The notes: generated from the sequence alone by a model not told the origin. Positions 30,723-41,382 are shown, counted from the first letter of the stretch. The stretch is 52,241 nucleotides of DNA from Stramenopiles sp. TOSAG23-2 (GCA_900128395.1 LT649263.1:1-52241), one strand, 5' to 3'. Numbers and translations: made by a program.

Positions 30723-32993
30723 TCATTTGGACATAGATGGATCTTGCCAACCTCTAACAACACCTAGTTTTTGTTTATGCAATCTATCAAAAATAGACTT
30801 TGCTTTATTACGAGATACAATTTTACCTTTTGCTTTTTTAACGAATTTCTCATTTTCTTCATTAATCTTGCTTTGAACTCTTTCCTCCATTAATTCCGTT
30901 TTATTCTTACGTTCATTTAAACGCTCCCAAATTGGTTTACGACCAGATGTCCTGGTGCCTTTACCCCATCTTGTCTTTGGCTTAAATGTACATTTTTGCA
31001 TTTCAGTAAATTCCTTCATGGCATCCAATGCTTCGACATCTTTCCTTTGCTCATTTAACCTTTCCCAAATAGGCTTACGCTTTGCTACTCCGTCTCGTTT
31101 TGGTGGTGATCTTTTTTTAGGTTTACACTCATCAATTTCTTTCTGTAATTTCAATTGAGCGCGTTCATTTACAATATCACGTTTATCATACGATAATCTT
31201 TCCCAAATTGGTATTGTCTTCTGTTTTTGACGACCATTACTCATAGTAGAATTGTTCATGCTATTATTGTGAGTAGTACTATTAACACTTTCCACGCCAT
31301 CATTAGTCTTACTATTGTTATTATAATTATTATTATTACTATTGGGTTCTTCAAGATAATAAACTGATAAATTTCTATTTCCTTTTCCTGGCGTTTTACT
31401 TTCAGGACTATATACATTGCTTTTTCTTGCTCTTCCATTATTGCTAGTAGTACGTGATATACCATTTGGAGATGGACTTGGACTACGTCCTCTACGTCTA
31501 GATTTGGCAATAATGTTGGCACTTCGCTTTCCAACTTTAGGCTTAAACGTACATTCTTCCATTTCCCTTTCAACTTTTGCTTGTTTTATACGTTCTTGAC
31601 GCTTCGCAGTATCCTGTGATTGCCTATGCAATCGTTCCCATATTTTACTTTGTGGTTTCTCATTTGGCCGTGCTCGACGTGCACTTTGTGGTCTGCGATA
31701 TGGTTTAATAGATGGACGAAATGTTAAACCTTCTTCTTTCTTCAATTCTTTTTCTCGCTTTTTAAGTTTTGCATCACGTTTTTTTATATATTCATTTGAT
31801 AATCGATTTACACTTTTGTCAATTTCCTCTTTTGTCATTTTATGTGCATTTTTTGGAGATAATTTTTTATTTGGACTGTTTCCATCTCCTAATGATGTAT
31901 TATTATCTGTTGCTACTACTAAACCTAATGCTTCCAACTCCGCTTTATCTTTCGCTTCACGTTTTTTTTTCAATTTAGCATTGGTTCTTTTTCCATATTC
32001 TTGTAAGCGTGCATATACATCTTTTGGCGCTTTGTCACTACCTCTCGACCTTCTCGCACTACTTGATCGTCTTCGATTAATTTTTGGTTGAAACGTACAC
32101 CCTACGATTTCCTTTTCATCTTTTTCTTGTTTCCTACGTTGAATGCGTTCTTTTTTACCATCGTTGTATAACATTTCATATCGCTTCCTTCCACCTGGAC
32201 TTCGTGAACGACTGCCACGTGATGTTATTTTCGGCTTAAAAGTTAATACTTTAGAATCATGATCTATTTTCTTCTTTGCTAATTTTGCACGCGACTGTGC
32301 AGCATCTTCATACAATCGATCAAATCTACTGACTCTACCACCACTATTACTGTTGTTATTTACACTATTTTTGTTTTTGTTACTCTTTTTTTTGATAGCA
32401 GAAGATGAAGTATTTATCTTTGGTTGAAACGTACACTGTTCCATAAGTTCCTCTTCTCTTAACTTTTCAATAGAATGTTTTGTTATTTCAGCATTTTTAT
32501 AAAGTCGTTCAAATGCATTTCCACTCCGACGCGTAGCTTTTCCTGAGATAGAACCTAACCTTTTAGACCGACTTGATATAGTCGGGTTAAACGTGCAGCC
32601 TTCTGGGATGGATTGACGGCGTTTCTTTAATTTTTCTTTACTTTCCATACCACGCTTATACATTTTTTCAGTATACTCTTGATCATAAATCTTACCAGGT
32701 TTATTACTAGTATTAATTTTAGATGATGATGACGATGGTGACAAATACGATGATACTGATCCATTACCATTTGCAAATCCATTTCTTTGAGATCCATTTT
32801 TAATATTATCAATACTGTTGATAGACATATTGTTAATTTTATCTGTAATATTATTATTCCTACTAATATTGTTTTTTTTCACTTCATCTTGTCCATTATT
32901 ATTATTTGTCTCCACGTCATTATTATTATCATACATACTATCATCCCCTGTTATGGATGCTAATTTTTTTTCCAATTCAGCAAGCGACGTCAT
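30723..32993 (-). CDS. Basic repeat protein with alternating (F/W)ERL(Y/H) and CTFxPK motifs, probably cytoskeletal/microtubule-associated
   Basis: About 7 C/LTFxP motifs and about 9 ERL/DRL-type motifs. Start at the ATG of MTSLAELEKK. Function is inferred. Confidence 0.7.
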   Translation of the reverse strand: MTSLAELEKKLASITGDDSMYDNNNDVETNNNNGQDEVKKNNISRNNNITDKINNMSINSIDNIKNGSQRNGFANGNGSVSSYLSPSSSSSKINTSNKPGKIYDQEYTEKMYKRGMESKEKLKKRRQSIPEGCTFNPTISSRSKRLGSISGKATRRSGNAFERLYKNAEITKHSIEKLREEELMEQCTFQPKINTSSSAIKKKSNKNKNSVNNNSNSGGRVSRFDRLYEDAAQSRAKLAKKKIDHDSKVLTFKPKITSRGSRSRSPGGRKRYEMLYNDGKKERIQRRKQEKDEKEIVGCTFQPKINRRRSSSARRSRGSDKAPKDVYARLQEYGKRTNAKLKKKREAKDKAELEALGLVVATDNNTSLGDGNSPNKKLSPKNAHKMTKEEIDKSVNRLSNEYIKKRDAKLKKREKELKKEEGLTFRPSIKPYRRPQSARRARPNEKPQSKIWERLHRQSQDTAKRQERIKQAKVEREMEECTFKPKVGKRSANIIAKSRRRGRSPSPSPNGISRTTSNNGRARKSNVYSPESKTPGKGNRNLSVYYLEEPNSNNNNYNNNSKTNDGVESVNSTTHNNSMNNSTMSNGRQKQKTIPIWERLSYDKRDIVNERAQLKLQKEIDECKPKKRSPPKRDGVAKRKPIWERLNEQRKDVEALDAMKEFTEMQKCTFKPKTRWGKGTRTSGRKPIWERLNERKNKTELMEERVQSKINEENEKFVKKAKGKIVSRNKAKSIFDRLHKQKLGVVRGWQDPSMSK

Positions 32994-33272
32994 CTTGTTT
33001 TTTATTTGTATGTTTTCCACCGACTATATTCCTATTCTTCCTCTTATTCCAGCATGTTGTGTAGTACACCCCATGTATTTATAATCCAGTCTAACTGTAT
33101 TTATTTTGTGTTATATATAAGTTACATCATATATCTATCGTATTTTTTGTTGCATCAAATCCAGCAATCATCGTCATTCGTCATGTGCTCATCACCACAC
33201 AGGCTTAACTTTTTTTGTGGGGGCTAAAAGCCAGAAAGCCAGAAAGCTAAAGCAACAAAACAGGCAAATAAT

Positions 33273-33332
33273 TGGAATGGAATGCTGGAATGCCTGGAAT
33301 GCCAGAATGCCAGAATGCTGGAATGCCAATGC
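33273..33332. repeat. GAATGC-(CA/TG/CTG) array, the reverse complement of the array at 11276-11412
   Basis: 33280-33300 gaatgctggaatgcctggaat is the exact reverse complement of 11284-11304. Confidence 0.85.
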
Positions 33333-33644
33333 ACGAATGAAGACTTGAAGACGGCATGGAATTCCCACCAAAAACCTTATTATTCCCTTTTTACCTACTC
33401 GTACTTTAATACTAATATACGTACATAATATTAATGAAATTAATACCTATCAAAAACAATAATCAATTTTCTCATCAATTTTTTCGAGATTAAAAAATGC
33501 CACTACTACTAAGTTGCCTAAAACAGACGACTAAAACTTAATAAAATGAATCACAAATAAATATATTATGTACATATATATGTATACAGAGAGAGACTGG
33601 CAAATGCATACATACATACATACAGATATATTAATACAAGCAAA

Positions 33645-35582
33645 ATGGGAAATTCGATTACTACCATGTGTGCTTCCGCGCGAACAAAAGTGGAGGAGAA
33701 TAATATTATAGTCAATGCTGTTTCTTCTGGTTCATCTGTATTACGGTTATATGACCCGGTAAGTACAGTTGAATCAACAGTAGATAATTTTACTCTGTTA
33801 AACCAAGTTATATGTTTATTAATTTGTCCTTTGGAACAAGATAGGAGATTAGGGATAGCACTTTTTGATCAATTGACTGATAAAGAAATTGAATTACACA
33901 TGCCATTTTGGATAGCTGCTATACGCTACAATAACATACGCCATTTTTCTTTAGAAGGCATAGCAACAGATAAAGACGCTTGGATTGGTGTTGCTAAAAA
34001 TAATACAACAGTTGATAAGACTGATGATGGTAATAATAATAATGACCAAGAGGATGAATGTATTTTACTTGGCAAATCTTTAATAAAGCGTGCATTGGCA
34101 TCGTTGCCAATATATCGTAAGCTATATTTTGCATTAAAAGCGGAAATGGAATATGGCATATCATCGTCAATAATGAATAATTCCACCCAAATAAACGAGG
34201 AGGAAAATAATAATAATAATAATAATGATACAAATAGCGCTGAAAAACAAGGTGATGATAATAGTACTGAAGATAATATTTCTACTAAAAATGGCAATGT
34301 CATTATTGATAAAGATAAATCAATGGCTAATATAAAACATGTGTTTGAAGAATTAATGGGCAAATCTCAACAAGCTGGTGATGTAAATAATAATAAACTG
34401 AATATAGTAAAATCGCAAGAAAATTTGTTGGAAAGTATACAAGAAATATGGGCCAAAGCAGGCGGTAAAGACAAAGTTGGTGCAAGTAAATTATTGACAA
34501 GTTTACAAGCTGATGTGAAATTTTGGAATAATTTGAATGAAAGCTGGTTACCAACATCCTATAATAAACAAATTACAAACGTTTTAATTGATGATCTATA
34601 TGTATATCCAACTTCTTGTTTACCAATTAAAATTTTCTTTCAAGTAAATATTGAAAGTAATAGTACTGGTGCCCCGTTAGATGTAAGCGTACCGTCAGGT
34701 CAAGAGGAGGTTAAATTATCAAATCCGCCAAATGAAGAGACGAAGACGAATAATGATATCGATGCTATTGAACGGAGTAATAATACTAATTTAAATACTG
34801 GAATCATTTTTAAATGTGGTGACGATTTACGACAAGATCAGATTGTCATGAGCTTTTGTAGTTTAATACAGAATATATTAAACAACTCTGGCACAAAAGT
34901 TAAAATTTTAACGTACGACATCATTGCACGTAGTCGCACCGAAGGATGTGTAGAAGTCGTACCAAATGCAAAAAGTATCAACGAGATCAAATACGAATTT
35001 CCAATACAATACGCACCAGGATTTCTTGCAAAATCATTGGAGGCAAATAAGGAACAAGTTATGAATAATCTAGTTGAAAGTTGCGCTGGTGCATGTTTAT
35101 ATTCATATGTACTTGCACTTGGCGATAGGCATTTAGATAATTTAATGATGACGGATCAAGGTGATATATTTCATGTAGATTTTGGATACATTTTTGGTAA
35201 AGATCCTCATGAACAGAAATACACACCGCCAAAAATTCGTTTAGACGGCTGTGTAGTGCATGCACTGGGTGGTGTTGGTAGTCCATATTATGAAAAATTT
35301 GAAAACTTATGTTTAAAAGGATTTGTTGATTTACGACGTGCGAGCACAATTTTGATTCGTGCATTACATTATGTAAAATTTAGTTGTATACCAAGTTTAA
35401 TTAACGAAACAAAATTTGATACGCGTTTAAAGCGCTTAAAATCGCAACTAATGTGGGAACAGCAATTATCGGAAAGTGATGCGGTATTAAAATTTAAAGA
35501 CATATTAGAAGAAAGTCGAAATCACTTTTTACAGCCTTTGGTTGAGGTGTTGCATAATTGTAGTACAAGTTTCAATCGATGA
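33645..35582 (+). CDS. Phosphatidylinositol 3-/4-kinase-family protein (Vps34-like catalytic domain)
   Basis: IIFKCGDDLRQDQ, SCAGAC..SYVLALGDRHLDNLM, FHVDFGYIFGKDP. N-terminus MGNSITTMC. Confidence 0.88.
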   Translation: MGNSITTMCASARTKVEENNIIVNAVSSGSSVLRLYDPVSTVESTVDNFTLLNQVICLLICPLEQDRRLGIALFDQLTDKEIELHMPFWIAAIRYNNIRHFSLEGIATDKDAWIGVAKNNTTVDKTDDGNNNNDQEDECILLGKSLIKRALASLPIYRKLYFALKAEMEYGISSSIMNNSTQINEEENNNNNNNDTNSAEKQGDDNSTEDNISTKNGNVIIDKDKSMANIKHVFEELMGKSQQAGDVNNNKLNIVKSQENLLESIQEIWAKAGGKDKVGASKLLTSLQADVKFWNNLNESWLPTSYNKQITNVLIDDLYVYPTSCLPIKIFFQVNIESNSTGAPLDVSVPSGQEEVKLSNPPNEETKTNNDIDAIERSNNTNLNTGIIFKCGDDLRQDQIVMSFCSLIQNILNNSGTKVKILTYDIIARSRTEGCVEVVPNAKSINEIKYEFPIQYAPGFLAKSLEANKEQVMNNLVESCAGACLYSYVLALGDRHLDNLMMTDQGDIFHVDFGYIFGKDPHEQKYTPPKIRLDGCVVHALGGVGSPYYEKFENLCLKGFVDLRRASTILIRALHYVKFSCIPSLINETKFDTRLKRLKSQLMWEQQLSESDAVLKFKDILEESRNHFLQPLVEVLHNCSTSFNR

Positions 35583-35703
35583 GACAGGATTAGAGTTCTT
35601 TCATTTTGTTTTAATTTTTTATAAAAATGTGGGTGCTTAAATATATTATATATTTTAAGATATACGTGTGTAATATATTATGTACTACACGAATATTTTT
35701 TTT

Positions 35704-36204
35704 TCACACATGTAGATTTTTCCATAAGCCTCCATATTTATAATATGGGTTTGTATTTTTATCGCCGTCTACAACTCCATTAGCTACAGAAGGTAAATTC
35801 CAACATTTTCCACATATCATTTTCCATTTTAACTTTGGTGTTATATTACATCTTATTAACAGATTGACGTTCTTTTTACATAGATCACATGGTTTTTGAC
35901 CTTTAATTACAATACCACTGTTACATTTATTTACATCTTTTGCTTTTTTTTTTTCCTCCGCCATACGACTTCTTCTAATTTTATTACATTTTTTACTACA
36001 AGTTGTAACATCATCCCACACATTTTCCCATTTCTTTCTCCATGTAAAATCTCTCTGGCAAATTACACAATTTTTTACTGGAATATGTTTACCCCGATCT
36101 AATATAATTCGCTCTCCGTTTTTTGCTGCTCTTTTTAATGCTAGTTTAAGAGCCATATTAGATATTACAGAAGAATAACGTATAGACACAGTAGACTTTT
36201 GCAT
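35704..36204 (-). CDS. DUF2256-type Cys protein fused to a second CxxC...CxxC domain ending YKYGGLWK
   Basis: PVKNCVICQRDFTWRKKWENVWDDVTTCSKKC (DUF2256 pattern), then CDLC..LIRC....WKMICGKCW...NPYYKYGGLWKN. Start could be 36204 or 36156. Confidence 0.8.
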   Translation of the reverse strand: MQKSTVSIRYSSVISNMALKLALKRAAKNGERIILDRGKHIPVKNCVICQRDFTWRKKWENVWDDVTTCSKKCNKIRRSRMAEEKKKAKDVNKCNSGIVIKGQKPCDLCKKNVNLLIRCNITPKLKWKMICGKCWNLPSVANGVVDGDKNTNPYYKYGGLWKNLHV

Positions 36205-36493
36205 GGTGTATGGTAGGAGTATAAAGGTATTTTGTTTTTCCAATAATTCTAATAATAATAAAAAAAAAAAATATAGCGTGCATGTGTGCTTATATTGTAT
36301 TCGAAGAATAGCACAATACCAGGTATTATTATTCGCACACATACATCATAGAAATTTACCGTATTCATGATCCACATGTTTTTAAATTGAGGCATAGCAC
36401 CATATAGCATATATTATAGCATACAGACGACTACAGCCTATATTACTGTATAATACCAGGCGGTAGTGCGGTATAGGCGGTAGGTGAAATACG

Positions 36494-36532
36494 GCTAGCT
36501 CTAGCTAGAGCTAGCTGGGCTAGCTCTAGCTA
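36494..36532. repeat. Nested palindrome / alternative hairpin built from GCTAGCTCTAGCTA
   Basis: 22-bp perfect palindrome at 36494-36515, and a 14-bp stem 36502-36515/36519-36532 with a 3-nt loop. Confidence 0.85.
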
Positions 36533-37185
36533 TTAAGAGGACTGTACCAAAACAAAACGAAACACATGTAAAAACAAACAGTGTTACGAGTATAATATAC
36601 GAGGATAAAGGCACAAAATAAAAACATGTATAGGAAAGAAGTTGGAATAAATACAAAAAGTGGAGGAAGATGATAATTTAAATATTCTATATTTGAATAA
36701 TTTCAATAATAGCTACCACCGTAAACAATAGTTTCAATAATATTAAAATATATGTGATTTTTGGTTGGTTGTACGTCATGGACTATTAGCATCTAAATAG
36801 CATTAAAAATTATATAATAATACCTGGAATACCTGGTACTGTATGTAGCTACCTATCTAGTATTATACCACCGGTGGTATCTAATCTACGAGATAGTCTA
36901 TATACTACCAGGTACTAACTTTGGATTGTAAATTGCAACAATTATTATTAATGCAATCCAGGCAATTATTATGATTCGAAACAATTGGAATAAATTTGAA
37001 ATTTGACTCTTGTAAACACATACATATACCTCTCTCTGGTGGCATATGGATATATATATATCAGTATACATCTTCAAAAGAATACAAAACAAAACATATT
37101 TTATACGACTTTTATGTTTTACTGCTTTTCCCCACAAACACAAGAATCAAGATAAATACTAAACTACATCAGCAACGAAAAAAAA

Positions 37186-40100
37186 ATGTCTGCCTCTCAA
37201 AATGGCAGGCCAAAATTTGTTTGTCCAGTTTGTAGCATATCTTATGCTGGTGCAAGTGGTTTATGGTATCATATGAAAGCTGCACACGGAAAACCATATG
37301 AAATGGGTTCAGCAAGATCGATGAACTATCCTTGGGCTGAAAATTTGATTGGTCCGCAAGATGCTCAAAGATTAAAAGATGCAAGAATGTTGCAAAAACA
37401 ACAGCAGTCAAATCCATATGTTTCTTTTAGTGGACGTACTCACGCTGGCAATAGACAACCAGTACGAACTATGCAACATGGTTTTGGCAACAATCATCAA
37501 GATACTTTAAATTTTTATGCAAATAATAATGGCAGTAATGGCGCACGTAGGATACAGCCAAGACCGCCACAATCACAGTACATTCAACGGACTCAACAGC
37601 TGGCCGAAGCTCATTCTAGAGCACCAGTCGAAAAGTCAAAGCCATCTGAACCAATAATCGATTCCATATTTAAATTTACCTGTCTTGATGATGATATAGG
37701 TTATAATATTAACGAAGAAAGAAATGAGGTTGATAAAGACAACGTTTCTATCTATATTGCTACAAGAAAAAAAAATTGGAGGAAGCAGCGAAGAATTAAA
37801 AAATATCAAAGGCAAATGGATGCTACTTGTGAAAGCATTGAGACTGTCTTAGGTGCATTAAGGCATTTAATTAGAGATGGTTTTATCGACAAATCTCATT
37901 TATTTCAAGCTACGAGTGAGCAAACCATTGCGCGAGTGATAAAAAAACGTATTCAGCAAAGGTATGAAACTTTTTTAAAAGAATATTATGATTTTGAAAA
38001 TAAAAATAGTAATCAACACCCTGATGTTGATTACAACAGTTGTAGAGACTTCAATAAATCTATTGCACCAAAAACATATGGAATCAAAAATGGCAGAAAG
38101 AGCAATGGAGAAGATAGCAAGTTGATACAGGCGATGCTTGCTGATGAATATGTTGAAAATAATGTGCCGAAACCAAAAAAACCACCAAATGCATACTTTT
38201 TATATAGGAAGAAAAGAAGAACAGAACTGGATCAACAAATGAGAGCAAGTGGAAGCCTTAATACAAAAAGTAGTTTAGAAGGCGAAGGATACTTTACCCA
38301 AATGCGGCAGATAGGTCATGAATGGAAGGAGCTATCTGCAGAAGAGCAAAATGCATATAAAAAACAACATCAAGAGATGAACAAAAAATGGAAATTACAA
38401 ATGATTGAATATAAAAAAGCATGTGTTGACGCGAAGAAAACATTTTATATAAAACAACAAAAGGAAAAAAAGAAAAATGAAAAATATAAGAATAGCAATA
38501 GTAATGGCATGATGATGGAAACTGACATGGGAACTAATATATCACCATCACCATCACCATCATCATCACCACCACCATCAACGACGACGATGACGACAAC
38601 AACAACAACAACAACAACTACTGCCATCACAGACGGGGCGGCAACAGAATCTGATGATAATGCTACTGATTCCGAAAATGAAGCCGATGATAATGTTTTT
38701 ATGGATGAAATGCCATCAAACTATAATGCCTTTGACAATGATCTTGATATGGATAATTATTTAGACAACAGTTTATCGCCATTACAACCGCGAAGAAAAA
38801 CAAAAGAACAATTACTGAGGGAAAAAGAAAAGAAAAAAGTTGAAATTGTACAAAATTTAAGTCCACTTTTGAAAAATGATTTAATATATTTAAAACATCC
38901 ATATGGTACTCAAATTATAACGGACCAAAGGGTAGCAAGAAAAATGTACAAAGTTTACGATGCAAGCGTCCATGATGATTTGATGCAGCAGTGGCACCAA
39001 GGCACACCTGTAGGTGACGTAGGAAACGAGGCAGAAATTCAGTCGCATTATAATGTACGCAAGGAAAATTTGAACTACATAACCATACGTTCCTCATTTT
39101 CAAAACCCTCGTTTGTTGTACGTGGCCCAAAAAGTACTATGGCGGAAGAAGACGAGGATCCTAATAATAGTATTCTAAATATATATAATAGTGATGATGG
39201 CGATGAGGACGAAGGTACAAGCGCTGAAGAAATAGACGATGATGACGACCTTCTTCATGACGACGACGACGATGATGAGGATGATGATGTTACAATGCTT
39301 AGTAATAATAATGATGCCGATGCCCCACAACAAAACAAAGTCATAAAAGTCCATAGAAAAGTGAAGGAAGTTATGAAAAAAGTTATTCGGATACTTGAAA
39401 AACAAGACTACGAGGAAAAAGCATTCATACTTTCAGAAGCTTTTAGATTGCAATACGAACAAAACAAGTGGTTCATTAAACGACAGACCGACTGGATAGA
39501 CAATAGAAGGAGACGCGTAGATTTCATGGGCATTATAGTTCCTGGCCCTGGTGTTGTATTTCAAAAGAAATATGCCGAGTATCGCTCTCACATACATTCA
39601 ATTACAAAATGCGTTAATGATATGATTTTCGAATTAGAAAAAAATTTGGAAGTTCCGCTCCTAAGAATGACTAAAAAAAACACAGAAGATGTATATAGGT
39701 ATGATTCAAATCGTGGGCTTAAGAGTTTGGGGGTATGGAAGGATATAAAGACAACGAAAGTTGTTATTGGCCCTGAAATTGTAAAGGTAGCAAATAAAGG
39801 AATCGATGGAATCAAAGAATATATGGCAATGATACGCGAGCAGTATCCTAAACGAAGAAATCCGCTAACCATGAAACGCAAAGGTGTTGCAGGTTCGTTT
39901 TCACGCAATCCAATTCGAGATCTAGATAATATGTACGGAAAACGAATGAAGTTTGTACCACGGTATCTCAGACATCAAAAGCGAAGTCTAGAGCATAGAA
40001 TAACTGTTTATGACATGATCAAAGTAGGAGCAATAACGCCAGGCACAAATGTGATAGAAGTGAAATACAAAACAAATTCGATTAAAGCAAATTTACTACC

Positions 40101-41028
40101 AGATGGTAAAATAGAAGTTGTAGTGGCGAATGGCAGACAATTTAGATATACATCTTTAAGTACATTTGCTTTAAGTTTCAAACGAATGTTTAATCCTAAG
40201 TTACGAACAGATGATGGTTGGAAAAGTGCAATGTATAAGGGCAAGACGATGGTTAAGATACGCGAGGAACTGCATCAGAAAATAGTTCAGGGAGAAGTGA
40301 AACTGGATGACGATGACGATGACGATGAAGACGACGATGACGATGATAAAGATGATGAAGAAGACGATGATGAACAAAACAATTCATCAAACATTCAGTA
40401 TGGTACAACAGCAGCTTTACCAAGAACCAATAGAAATGTTATTCGTTTAAAACGTACAAGAACGAACTCCAACAGTAACAGCAATTCTATCCCACAACAA
40501 CAAATGCCCAACCATAATACGCAAAATTTGCAATCCTTGCAACAAAATTTACTTCGACAGCAAAAGGTTCAACAATATCAATTAATGAGACAGCAGCAAA
40601 TACGACAACAACAAATGCAAATTAGAGTGAATCAAAATTTACGTCTGCAGCAGCAATTAGCCAATGCCAGGAATGCTCAAATTTCAATTTATAATAATAG
40701 TTCTAATAATAGTTCTAATAATAGTAATAACATGAATACGAACCCATATTTGTATCATAATAACAACATTGCCAGTAGTAACAATTTGAATCCCATGCAA
40801 GCATTTTCACAACAGCTTTCAACGCAAAATACACTTGTTCGAGCAAATGGAAATTTTATACTAAGCAATAACAGTAATAAAAATATTAATGGTAGTAGCA
40901 TCACCAACGCAATAGTAATAGATGATGATGCTGATGATGAAAGTAATGATAGTGAAGCACCTGGAGGCGTATCAAACAATCCTTACATTAGTTTTAACAA
41001 TAAGCGTAGGAAGAAAACACATTTTTAA
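37186..41028 (+). CDS. Nuclear protein with a C2H2 zinc finger, HMG box, RAMA domain and Q/N-rich tail
   Basis: FVCPVC..Y....GLWYHMKAAH; PKKPPNAYFLY...IGHEWKELSAEEQ..Y; MIKVGAITPG...ANLLPDGKI...SLSTFA...NP....DGWKSAMYKG (MPND-like RAMA pattern). Confidence 0.8.
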   Translation: MSASQNGRPKFVCPVCSISYAGASGLWYHMKAAHGKPYEMGSARSMNYPWAENLIGPQDAQRLKDARMLQKQQQSNPYVSFSGRTHAGNRQPVRTMQHGFGNNHQDTLNFYANNNGSNGARRIQPRPPQSQYIQRTQQLAEAHSRAPVEKSKPSEPIIDSIFKFTCLDDDIGYNINEERNEVDKDNVSIYIATRKKNWRKQRRIKKYQRQMDATCESIETVLGALRHLIRDGFIDKSHLFQATSEQTIARVIKKRIQQRYETFLKEYYDFENKNSNQHPDVDYNSCRDFNKSIAPKTYGIKNGRKSNGEDSKLIQAMLADEYVENNVPKPKKPPNAYFLYRKKRRTELDQQMRASGSLNTKSSLEGEGYFTQMRQIGHEWKELSAEEQNAYKKQHQEMNKKWKLQMIEYKKACVDAKKTFYIKQQKEKKKNEKYKNSNSNGMMMETDMGTNISPSPSPSSSPPPSTTTMTTTTTTTTTTAITDGAATESDDNATDSENEADDNVFMDEMPSNYNAFDNDLDMDNYLDNSLSPLQPRRKTKEQLLREKEKKKVEIVQNLSPLLKNDLIYLKHPYGTQIITDQRVARKMYKVYDASVHDDLMQQWHQGTPVGDVGNEAEIQSHYNVRKENLNYITIRSSFSKPSFVVRGPKSTMAEEDEDPNNSILNIYNSDDGDEDEGTSAEEIDDDDDLLHDDDDDDEDDDVTMLSNNNDADAPQQNKVIKVHRKVKEVMKKVIRILEKQDYEEKAFILSEAFRLQYEQNKWFIKRQTDWIDNRRRRVDFMGIIVPGPGVVFQKKYAEYRSHIHSITKCVNDMIFELEKNLEVPLLRMTKKNTEDVYRYDSNRGLKSLGVWKDIKTTKVVIGPEIVKVANKGIDGIKEYMAMIREQYPKRRNPLTMKRKGVAGSFSRNPIRDLDNMYGKRMKFVPRYLRHQKRSLEHRITVYDMIKVGAITPGTNVIEVKYKTNSIKANLLPDGKIEVVVANGRQFRYTSLSTFALSFKRMFNPKLRTDDGWKSAMYKGKTMVKIREELHQKIVQGEVKLDDDDDDDEDDDDDDKDDEEDDDEQNNSSNIQYGTTAALPRTNRNVIRLKRTRTNSNSNSNSIPQQQMPNHNTQNLQSLQQNLLRQQKVQQYQLMRQQQIRQQQMQIRVNQNLRLQQQLANARNAQISIYNNSSNNSSNNSNNMNTNPYLYHNNNIASSNNLNPMQAFSQQLSTQNTLVRANGNFILSNNSNKNINGSSITNAIVIDDDADDESNDSEAPGGVSNNPYISFNNKRRKKTHF

Positions 41029-41145
41029 AATATATATATATTAATATCATATATATGTGTTTTTCTCTTATCATACTCATATGCATATGGTTATATAAAA
41101 TTCTTTTACTCCCGTTTATTAACATCTCAAATCAAAAATGATTTA

Positions 41146-41304
41146 NNNNNNNNNNNNNNNNNNNNNNNNNNNNNNNNNNNNNNNNNNNNNNNNNNNNNNN
41201 NNNNNNNNNNNNNNNNNNNNNNNNNNNNNNNNNNNNNNNNNNNNNNNNNNNNNNNNNNNNNNNNNNNNNNNNNNNNNNNNNNNNNNNNNNNNNNNNNNNN
41301 NNNN
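41146..41304. other. Assembly gap (159 N)
   Basis: Run of N. Confidence 1.
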
Positions 41305-41382
41305 TTTCAATTTTCCATCCTTACGGGAGGGCACCTCAATAACTGTCCCTCTACTTCCTATCATATATATACGAGTATTTTT

